Of a stretch of DNA of 64,000 nt, positions 12,390-23,284 are shown piece after piece. The notes below the pieces were generated by a model. The model had not been told where the DNA came from. It saw only the letters and a list, made by a program, of their open reading frames with translations, and did not search any database. Origin of the DNA: Neolecta irregularis DAH-3 (lineage: Eukaryota). Every line of letters begins with the position of its first letter. The stretch's first letter is position 1. The translations under genes were made by a program, and so were the position numbers. The stretch spans positions 62,001 through 126,000 of the forward strand of contig LXFE01000157.1 in the NCBI GenBank assembly GCA_001929475.1. The letters are read 5' to 3'.

Positions 12390-13656
12390 ATGTCCTCGTT
12401 ATTATTGGTCCTTTTCAGCGCGGTATTATCTGTTCGAAGTGACGGTAAGTCAACTTTAAATCCTCAATAACCCAGACAGATTTCCCGGATTTTCAAGAAC
12501 CATCCTCGTAAGTAGTGTGTGGAGGATTATATTAAACTGCGCTAGAAATCCTATCACGATGACGCCTGGAATGACCGATTGGAGAACGAATTTACGGAAT
12601 TTAGAGGCCAAGGATTTCGTAAAGGAGGGGTGTATCTTAATTCTGTTAACCTTGTACATGATGAATTATATACGAGGCCGTTCAATAAACCGAATCCTTG
12701 CAAGAAACTGGTATATCCTCTAAAGTTATGTGTTAATTAGAGGTACGATCGACATTCTCAATTTCTTTGCTCTCAATTTTCAAGAGTTGAAGAAAATCTT
12801 TTGGATGGACCTGCTGATTTCCAATCATTTTGTACCGGTCGACAAAATATGTCTCACGTAAATATTCGAGTGATGCTTCGACCGCGTCAAGATATTCTAG
12901 CCCGGATGATCAACTTTTTATCTAGTTCTGTTTTTGGGACGGTAAATGTTGAGGATCGAGTGTTTATCGATATATATCCTGATAGTAGCAAGTATGATGG
13001 ATTTGTATGGGGATTGGGACATAAAGATTGTGTTCAGATACTTCGAGAGCAGAGATTTGATGTTGGATTTGCACGGAGTGTTGATCTGAAAGAAATTGGG
13101 AATTGGATTGTTATGTTTACGGAGAGTGCCGAGGTTGGCGAGCGGGTATGGACTGAAGAGTTGAAGAGAGCGGTTAAAGAGAGTGAACGAGTTTTGGAAT
13201 GGGTCTTGATTAGTGATCAACCAGAGGATGAACCAAACAAGTTTGAAAGCTAATTATTTACGACTGACGATAGACCCGAGTATGAATGTCGTTACCGGAT
13301 CCAGTTGTGCATGAAGCTTTCTGATCAAGATTCAGCCCTTGTTGAAGCTCTATTTAAGCTTGTTGATCATCTTGTTGAGAGATGTCATTTTCGACCCGAG
13401 GTTGTTAAAAAGTTGAAGGCGTCAAGGGAAGATGCGTCCAAACAGATTAAGAAAAAGTATGCCGAGGGAACAGATTTAGCAGTGAAGCGCAAGGTGGACA
13501 AGGAAAAGGCGGAAAAGGAACGGCTGACGCGGATGAGTGCAAGTGAGCAAAGAAAGGTGAGTGAGATTAAAAGCAAAGGGCTGAGGGTAGTTTTTGGAAA
13601 AGAAGCAGGACAAGGTGATGAAAAAGGCGATGAACAAGCGAGCACAGAAGGGATGA
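12390..13656 (+). CDS. CCDC47/DUF1682 (PAT complex, YNR021W-like) ER protein, multi-exon
   Basis: Signal peptide, TM segment followed by YIRGRSINRILARNW, DGPADFQSFCTGRQN, LRPRQD, and basic C-terminal coiled coil (MSASEQRK-FLEKK). Confidence 0.8.
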
Positions 13657-13739
13657 GTGGAAACATTACAAGTATAGACAGAGATCAGTATGAACAGAGA
13701 TATCAATATGACAGAAATAACGCCGTGGAAGATGAGAAT

Positions 13740-14394
13740 CTAGAGGCGAGTCTTGATCCAGCACCAGGATGCTGCGACAGACGCGGCGATTGCACCGGCG
13801 ACTGCGGCCTGCCTGATACCCGCTTAAGTCAGTCAATGCCGCTAATTGCAACATACCCGTGCTTTTGAAGAGGGCGCCCGCAAGCGCACCTGCTGCGACC
13901 GAGTTGTAGTTGTCGTGGCGGCCTCTGACATTGCCAATGCCCGAATTGATCCCGTTGTACACCAGGGCCACGACTCCGGCTGAATTTCCCAGAAACGGCC
14001 CGCGACGAGTGACAGCATTGAGAATTGCGTTCAGGCGCAGTTTGGGCGACGCCGCAGCGTGTTTCTTAGTGCGCAGTGCTTCGAGGGCGCCCCAGGTGGC
14101 ACCAGCACTCAGCGCACAGAGATACGTGGTGCCTGTGCCGTAACACAGATCGTCGCCCCAGCCGCGCGAGGGCAGCGCCGTGTGAGAACCCGGAAGGCTG
14201 TTTAGGGCGTCGTCTTCGAGGGAAAGATAGTCCAGGCCGCCGCCGATGTTGGCCAGCGGGTGCAGCTGCGCGGGATCAGACAGAACCCGCAGAAAATCAG
14301 TCGCAGCAGCAATATCCTCGTGCATCTCGTTGGTCCTGGGTCTCGCATCGTTTGTCTTGGGTCTCGCGTCCGACTGCGGCGACAGCCAGCTCAT
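13740..14394 (-). CDS. TIM23: Mitochondrial inner membrane translocase Tim23 (2 exons)
   Basis: LPSRGWGDDLCYGTGTTY, KLRLNAILNAVTRRGPFLGNSAG, NSVAAGALAGALFKST-AG. Confidence 0.95.
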
Positions 14395-14495
14395 TTGTGC
14401 GGGTCGAGAGTGGGAATCTTTTCCTACTTTATTTATTTTCTCACGTGGAAACTCCACACCACCCCATCTGCCCTTGGTCGATGAATTAGTTGCTG

Positions 14496-17400
14496 ATGGC
14501 GGCCAGATCGCGCAGCAACAGTATTCCCAGTGCGGTGCGCCCCGCGCTCCAGCGGCTCGCTAGCAAATCCACTGTGGACCCGCCATGTGCAGCTGGCTCC
14601 TCCACCGTGCGCCCTCAGGTTGCTTCATGCTCACCGCAGCTCGAGGATCTCCTCGCGCAACTCGAAATCGAGAGCAAGATCAAAGAAGGCGCGGAAAACA
14701 TGCTCCAGGTTCCCTTCTCTCGCCCATCTCATTGACACTCAAGGTCTTTGATCAAAAGAGACTCAAAGACGGCAAAGAGACCCTGCGCAAACAGGCAGAA
14801 AGCGCCCTCGACGCTGCAAACGAAAAAATCACAAAGCTCAAGACGCAGGTAGAGGCAATCACCGTCCACCCCCGTATCTCATCCAATTATTCGTCAATTG
14901 ACCTCTAGCCATCAGAAAAAACCCAAGAAGGAGAGATCTTCGTCTTGCTCCAGATCTGTTTAAACGTCCTCCCACCCAGACCGTCACAGATTCCCTCGAT
15001 CAATCAAATGGTTTGTCCATCCCATCACATTCATACTAATAAGACGAAATAATCGTCCCCTTTGCAAAAATCATGCACGATCTTGCCGAACCAAACCATG
15101 AACCCTCCCATTATATCGACTTGGGAAACCAGTTGTTACTCCTATTCCGGAGACAGCCTACCCTCAAATATGACATCGAATGGGAAGCATTCTCCACTCG
15201 GTACACCCACCCGTTTTGTTTCAATTGCCCTAAACAAGCCACAGTGTAAGCTTACTACTAAAGTCCTCTTCAAAACAGGTCATTGCTCTAGGATATCGTC
15301 TTGCACGCCAAACAATTACAGACATCCACTCCATTAGAAATATAAAAAGTATTGGTATAGACGATCGCATAATTCGTTCACTCTCAAAAGAATTCAAGAC
15401 AAATATGGAAAGAGAACAAGCTGTTAAATTAACTAGATCCTTTCTTGATGTTCCTGAAGGTTCAACTTTACTCTCACAAGGCGTTGTCCGCGGTTTAATT
15501 GCCGTGGCAGAAGACTATGAAGATGGTCTCCAATCTGTCTGTCTTGAAACATTGGCAGAAATCGGTTGGTGTTGTCTTTGTTTGAGACTTATAACCAGTG
15601 GTGCTGAACCCAGAACTGATTGCTCGATCAGGTGGCATCAGAGTCCTCTTTCTGTCTCTAGTCGATGGTCCTTTTGATGTTGCAGAAAGTGTAGTTCTTG
15701 CAATCATTTACCTCCTTGATTCTCCAAAGACTCGGCAGTATATTCGTGCAGGCCATGACCTAGACGTGAGGCATTTTCCAAATATTGCTAAAACCAGATT
15801 GCCTTGTCCCTGTTTACTGATTTTGCATCCCAGTTGATGGTTACTGAAGAAAGACTAGATTCAAGCGCGCGCATCGTGTCAACAATCTTTAAGTCATGGC
15901 CCGGTACACAGCTAGCGTAATCTTCTTACAAAAAAAGGTTTTATTTCTCTATGTTCACACAGTCTTCGCGCAATTCGATCATTTGTCGATGCGTTACGCA
16001 TACAGCTGTCCAATGTAAAAGAAACCATCCTCGATATCTTGTTTGATGTATTCGAAATCACTCAAAACTCATCAACCTCAAATTTCCTAGCTGGAAGAAG
16101 ACTAACTAGTTTGTTCTAATAGTTTGTAACAGCTCACATCTAGTCCTTGGTCGACAGAAGCCCGTCCAGGATACAACCATTGAAACGGATCCAAAGCCTG
16201 TATCTTCTGACATCAGAACAGACATGCCAAATCAATTCAAGGGCCTGATACTTGCAATTCTTGTAGAAGCTGGATTATTCGATGTACTCCATCATGTTGT
16301 ATTATGTTAACAAGCAGGCTCTTGTTAATGTCGTTGAAGGCACAGATGAACATCTTTCAAGAAAAGCAGTGTTGTTACTCGGAGAAATACTCCAAATGTC
16401 TGACAAAATTCTTCCCGTAGACATTTGTGCAAAGATTCAGGTATTCTATCTTTCAAAACATTTACTAACGATAGACTCTTCCTCGTTTATTCAAACTCGC
16501 ATCAGATTTTGGTGAAAAAGGTCGTTTGAGCGCAGCTAATGCCCTCTACCAAATCGAATCACTGAGCCGCTCACGAAATAAACCCGTCCCTAAAAAGAAT
16601 CAAGCTACTCCTAAAAGATCACAAAGACAAGTGGAACAAGTCCGCGTAAAAATGAGTTTACAAATCGACGATGCTCATTTTCGTACAATGTTGCTTGATT
16701 CCCAAGTTTTAGCTACCAAGAATTACACAAAATGGAGGTTGGATACCCTTTTAGAACTTATTGAAGGACCGCTGTTAAATCCTAAACGACTTGAAGAAAC
16801 TATAAAAGCAACGACTTGGATGAAACGATTCCTGAGTTTTTATAGACCTTTTGCTTTTCGATTTTCAACTATAAAAAATACAAAACCTAACCAGAAATAT
16901 ATTCGAATCGGATGTGCTATGTTTACTACACTTCTTGCAAATCCAGAAGGTGTACGATATCTAATGGAAAATAAACTCCTCAGACAAATAGCTGGATGTC
17001 TAGAACAGATGGATCCGGTTTGTATTTACAATTGAATTATTAGATTGAATTATTAGATTAAAGGATCTGGGATTTCAGATCAATTTTTTTCGAGGCAGAG
17101 ACTTGAAAATACGATAACTTTTGGGTATTTTACCATGCTTGGGACGTTGAGCGGTCACAAGGACGGTCTTTTGTATAATTCTATTTTTGGATTTATATTT
17201 ACTTTTAGAATGATGGAGCGATGGAAGATGTTTACCATGTTTCATCATCTCACTGATCTGCGGAGTCGAGAAGATCTCATAAAGACGTTTATCTCGGCTC
17301 TCGACTATTCACTGTATGTGCTTCCTGTTATATTTCTTTCATTGACTGTTGAATAGGGAAGGGCATTCTCGAATAGTCATGTCAAAGGCACTTACTACAG

Positions 17401-18874
17401 GCCTTAAAGATGTTCGTTTATTTGCTACAAAACATTTAGAGACCCTAGTAACTTGTCATCACACAAAACTTACATCCACATCAAGTTGGGCGATTCGTTT
17501 ACTCGTGACTCAACTTTATGATCCTTCTATTGAAGTATGTCAAATGGCTGTCGGTGTTCTCGATGAATCGTGCAATAATCCGAGAAATTTGGAGTATGTT
17601 GTAAATTTAAGACCGATGTTGGATCATCTTGGAGAAATTGGAGCGCCCTTGTTGATGAGATTTTTGTCTACGGATGTGGGCTTTCAGTATTTATTGGAAT
17701 TGGATTATATCGATAAGGAAATGGACGATTGGCTTCACGTGAGAAAACAATATTTGTCAAGACGATTAATTAATTCATAGGGTCGTTGTGAAGATTACGT
17801 GATTCTTGTCGAAGCATGCCTTGCATTTGCCCATGCAACTGAAGAAGAAACGATAATAGGATGGAGTAAAAACATCTCAAGCAAGCAAGTCTTTATTAAA
17901 AATCAAAACACTGATTAACTTTGATAGCCCCCTCTTTGACGGCCAAGCACCTCCTCATTTTTATGGAGAACTCGCGAAAACGGCAGGTGGATGCAGAGTA
18001 CTCGACGAGAAAGGCCATTTCGAAGAATTCGCTAATTTTGTCAAATATAATGGTATGGAATGGGAAGATGAAGATATCGTGTTAAAAAGCAAAAGTTGTT
18101 TATGGGCTATCGTATGTATACGCTTGAAAGGTAAGAAATATTTACCGGTAGGGTAATATTGGAGCTACGGATGGTGGTGTACCTTTTTTGAAGCGATCTG
18201 GCGTGGTTTCGCATATAGCACGTATAGCGGAACAAAGTTTGGTGTTTTCTTTGAAAGGGTATTTTTCAGTCAGCTAGTGGTTCTAATGTTGACCTAGAAC
18301 CGCGTATTTTGTGCTTGGTTTGATTTCGTCAACTACAGAGGGCTTGGGAATGTTGCACCAAGTGGGCTGGAAAGGAGTTTGCTCGACAATGGGGATTCCT
18401 ACTGGTCTATGTATCCCTGAAAACCTGGAAAAGTTTCTCTGGGTAAGAAGATTTAGGTTTGAGCTTATCGAGTAGATCGAACCATGGTCGAGCATCGATT
18501 TATATGATGTCGGTAGTTCATCTACACATACAAAGCTTGCGGAAAGTGATCGGCCTGAAGACTCGGAAATCTTGAATGCAATTATCAATCTCAGTAACCA
18601 TATCTTGGCAAACGAAGCGTCAAGGACATTGATCCGGTGTGTTAGCGCGCTTAGTAATGGTTGACGTAGTAGACTTCGCGCACGTTACCCGATGCGATTT
18701 GGTTCCATTGGGCTTTACGATAGAATGATGCATCTGTTGGGAACATATCATTTTCGACAACCGATACGAAAGTTTATAATTGAGCTATTTGGAGATTTGA
18801 ATCAGGACAGAGGAAGAGATCGAGGCATGTCAGACTCACAGACCTCTGTAGAATCTGATGGATTTTCTGGCTGA
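14496..18874 (+). CDS. ste20: TORC2 subunit Rictor (Ste20/Avo3), many exons
   Basis: HR1 domain (LEIESKIKEGAENML), EREQAVKL, CLETLAEI, LLNPKRLEE, IRLLVTQLYDPSIEVC, HFYGELAKT, LWAI-GNIG, GTAYFVLGLIS. Confidence 0.93.
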
Positions 18875-19043
18875 TTAACTCTTCTGGGTATTGCAAATAT
18901 TTTTGGTGTTCATGGCGTGGTTCATGTTGACATATCAAATACAATTTACATAGCAAAAAATTGATGATTACTGAACGTGATTTCTATGAGCGCAACCCCG
19001 CGGATCCCGGTGTTTCCATGGTTTCGAGTACTGATGATTGATT

Positions 19044-19427
19044 TAGTGCGGCCAACCACCTGGGCCACCGGGAGGATTAGTAATCCACCCACGCACCCGC
19101 CGGAAAAGTGTGGCTAACCACCCGACAGGTGCCACCCGGTGCGGCACAGGTGACCCACCCACCCACCAGAGATATATTGTTAACAGTGCAGAACGGACTG
19201 TTAACAATATATATTCATATCGATCTACAAAACGGAGTTTATCAATGAAGTTGTATTAGAATAGCTGAACATGCGACAAATATTTGAAATATGAATAATA
19301 AAATCATTATTGGTGGTGCCAGTAATAGTTAGATAGCAACCACCGGGTGCAACGGGTGGTTCGGTTATCCAACCACCCACCGACCGGAGCCGGTGGGTGG
19401 CGGTCGGTCGGGTGGTTGGCCACACTG
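19044..19427. mobile_element. Non-autonomous DNA transposon (MITE), hAT-like
   Basis: 17-bp TIRs TAGTGCGGCCAACCACC / GGTGGTTGGCCACACTG (2 mismatches). 8-bp TSD GATTGATT (19036-43) / GATTGATC (19428-35). Multiple CCACCC subterminal motifs; no ORF. Confidence 0.8.
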
Positions 19428-19579
19428 GATTGATCAGTTGTGCGAAGAAAACGTGATCCATACAGCGATCCGCCCAAAAATATCACTGGTAAACTACGTC
19501 ATCTATTCTCGGTTTCTTATCAAATTTATTGCTTTTCCGCCTCATTGACAGTACTAAATTTTAATTCTCAGTAACCTAC

Positions 19580-21188
19580 ATGTCGGTGCAGACATCAGAA
19601 TCTGCAAAAACTGAAGAACATAAATCATTTGATATCGGGGAGTTTCCCCAAGAAGAGTTTGACCCTTTCCGCGATGCACACAAACTTATCGAGATCTTGC
19701 AATGTATCAAATGCGAAAGAATCTTTAGAGAACCAACAACTATGAGCTGCGGGAACACTTTATGCCATCGCTGTGCCATGCAGGCTTCGATAGCATCTTC
19801 GCCTTCATTGAAATGTCCCTTTCCGAATTGCTGGAGAAACCACACATCAACGGAGCTCAAAATCGATGTTTTGCTTTCAAAAATTATTGCCATTATTCAA
19901 ACAGAGCTTGTATTGCTTACTCGGAGAGCGAACCAGACGATTGTCCAAGATATGGTATACAGCACCGAGATTTGCTTAGACGGTCAATCGTGTCTTGGCC
20001 GATTTGCTGCATTGTTTTGGCAAGCCGAACGGGGCCTCCTTCGTCTGCCTCATGATGAGAATGTTATACCCCTGGAACAGTCGACTACACCCGGTACTAC
20101 CGGTTCGGACCAGGGGACTCTCGATCTGGAAACATTCAATCATCTCAAACCTTTAGTTCGACCCGAGCTAGAATGCCATATTTGTTACCTCGTCTTCTAC
20201 GAACCCATTACAACAGAATGTGGGCATACTTTCTGCAAAAACTGCCTCCAACGTGCTATGGAACAAAATCCTCTGTGTCCTCTATGTCGATTTCCTCTTG
20301 TGCCAGAGTATCAGTGTAATCGCGTCATTTTTAATCTTCTTAACTACCTCGTACCGGCGCTTGCTCATCAACGGCGAGAACATGTAGCTGATGAAACTAC
20401 ATTCTCCAATCCAAATGAGCGCTTCGTTCCAGTTTTCATTTGTACACTCGCTTTTCCCCAGCTGCCAATGTTTCTCCACATCTTCGAACCGCGGTACCGA
20501 TTAATGCTACGAAGAGCCCTGGAAACCGATCGAAAGTTTGGAATGGTTTTGCCAAGTCGAGAACCAGGTGTACCTGGTTTGCAGTTTGGCACGATGCTCC
20601 AAATTCGAAATGTCGAAACATTTGATGATGGACGAAGTCTCATTGAAACCATTGGGACATATCGGTTCAAAATAGTGGAATGGGGAACTCGAGATGAATA
20701 TGCCACCGGGAGAATTGAGCTTGTAAATGACATTTCCCCCGAAGAACAACAGGTACTTGAAGATCAAGAACTACAGCAGTACTCTGGCGTGGTGTATTCA
20801 GATGCAGATGAGGATGGAGACTATAAATGGCTCGAAGATAGACCAATGGACAGTATTCCTTCTTCGCAACTTATCGAGCTTGTACGACAGTTTGTTCATA
20901 AACTACAGTCGACTGAAAGTTGGCGGAATCATGTCGCTGACCAGCGGCCTCAAACACAAGATCCGCCTTTGGATAGGCCAGATGAGCTTACCTTTTGGGT
21001 TGCCAACATTTTGCCAACACATGAATATGAACGATACCGATTATTAGGAACAACAACTTCACGTGAAAGGCTGAAGATTGTTGTGGAATGGCTCAAAGAG
21101 CTACAGAATTTGATTCCGCAAGCTCTCCTATTTATATATTAACTAATAGTGTAGACCTGAACAAAGAAGTCGCTGCGTCATCAGCTAG
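19580..21188 (+). CDS. LON peptidase N-terminal domain and double RING finger protein (LONRF-like)
   Basis: Two RING motifs (CIKC..CGNTLCHRC..CP; CHIC..CGHTFCKNC..CPLC) and LON_substr_bdg (PVFICTLAFP..LHIFEPRYRLMLRR, DGRSLIET.G..RF). Probable short last exon 21155-21188. Confidence 0.9.
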
Positions 21189-21484
21189 TGAGAATTACTC
21201 ATACCGCTGATTGATAAGCGGGGTTCTAGACGCTGGAGTTTGGCGGAGAAATGTTTTTCTATGTATGTACATAACAAGCAGGCGTACCTGGCCATTTGGC
21301 GTTGGTAATCTTTGTTCGCGTTGAGAACGCGAATGTAGCAAAGTGAGTAGATATTTGTATCAGCCTGGTTTTTAAAAAGGGCACATGGGTTGGCCGAGAC
21401 CACTGATGCAGACTAAATAAATCCACCTTCAAACTTTTCCGTTCGTTTCCACACTCGACTCTATCTGATCCCTACCTGCGTGAT

Positions 21485-23163
21485 ATGCCTAGCTCTGAAT
21501 GGGCTTGCGAGTGCTTCAATATCAAGCTACATCTCGCCGGTGAAACTAATTCCGTGGAATCCCAGTTGTCCTACCAGCTCGACCGGCATCCTACTGCAGT
21601 AAGTCCTCAGCGTATGTTCTTCCGTTACTTATCCAACTAGGAAGTTCCCTCGTTAGTTTCGTTGAACCAAGAGGAGTCGGGATTAGTAACTGCGAAGTGT
21701 CATAATTGTGGCAAGCTTTGCTTTTCGGTCAAGGTTTCACAGGAAAACCCGCAGCTTGATGATGCCCTCGGCTTCTTTCAGCGAATCGACCTGACCCAGA
21801 AAGTCACATTGCTTCATGTTTGCCGCATGGTGAGTAATCATGTGTTCTTATTTCCGCCACAAACACAACTAGTCTTGCTTCCTCGAGCAAGAGGTGAAAT
21901 CTCACCTTTCATAAATTACTCATTTGTCCCATAGTGGCAAATATACAAGGGTTCTAAGGGTTTTAAGGCCTTGGTTTCCTTTGTTGTGTTTCTAATGTGT
22001 TCTTACATACTGTAGGACAATTACATAAATCTTCCGAACTATTCTGAGGTTTATCGAATACTGATTCCACCACGAAATGTTGATTCATCCTCTTCGACGA
22101 ATCCCAAGGACATGCACGTATCTGTCCATCTCCAACATCGCCTTTCAAATGCAATAAAAATGAAATTGGACGATATCCACCAAGAGATATCAAAATTCAT
22201 GAAGATGAAAGAAGAGGAGCTCGAAACTTGGTCGTGCAACTCCCGAGAGGGTGCAATTCTCCTCACAGAACGAGAGACTCAGCTCAATTTGCAGCACGAG
22301 CACTCAAGAAAAACCGCTTCATCGAGTTCCATCAAATTTTCTGATTCAGCCATAGATCTGAACAATGCAGAAAAAAGTAAGAGATCAAGGCTGCGCTCTG
22401 CAAGAACGTCCTCGCCTTCAAAGGGCAAGAAGAAGCGAGTTTCTTTCTCCGCGAATTTACCGAAGAAGTCTTCACAAGTAGATACGGATGATGATATATT
22501 ATCAACGTCATCTAGCACTGCCAGTCTAACTTGCAATGGAGGCCTTTCCAGAATTGGATCCCACCATACAGAATCTACTCCGGTAGTTATGGAAGATGAA
22601 GGTATTTTCTTTGAGTATATGCTCTCACTCACAACCCAGCGGTCTTTGATTTTGATGAAGAGATATCCCAATCAAAAGACTGTGGTAGCAATCCTCCAAC
22701 AGCAGTAGTATCTTCAGGAATCAGAAAATCTCGAAGGCATAATCCCTCCTCCCCTCCATATATTCTTCCTCCGTCCCCTCTCCAACCTCGTACAACAAGC
22801 AAATACGACATTGAAGAGTTTGATAATGAGACTATTGAGTCGACCGATGGTGCACATGTAGATAACGTCCCCGGCATTTCAGATAACATTGCACCACGAA
22901 CGATTCTCTCAGTGCAAGGCAGTTCTTCAACATCTGAACTTGCGCGATCGTTGCCGATATCAATACCAAGTCATTCTCTTCCTCCTCCAGTTGGGTTTTC
23001 GGATGAAGAAGCAAGTGCTAAGAATATTTTGTCTACCCGCAAACAGTCATCAAAAATAGAGGTAGCGAGAAGTTTTCAGGAACGAATGATGCTGGAAGAT
23101 AACATTGATCCCACTGAATCTATTTATGATGTCCCCAATGGGAACTGGAGGAGTTTGGGCTGA
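21485..23163 (+). CDS. Hypothetical multi-exon protein with N-terminal Cys motifs; PRAS40/Lobe-like candidate
   Basis: MPSSEWACECFNIKLH, CHNC, YSEVYRILI, coiled coil, KKKRVSF, VFDFDEE, LARSLPISIP. The gene is supported by exon ORFs; the family call is tentative. Confidence 0.6.
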
Positions 23164-23284
23164 ATCGCATTCTTGACAAGTTATTCTTTTGGATTAGCAA
23201 GGTGTTATCTGAAGTTAGGCTTTCATTATTACTCGTTCTCGTTTATGTATAATATCGTGGGTCGTATTCTTTTAAGGATGTATC

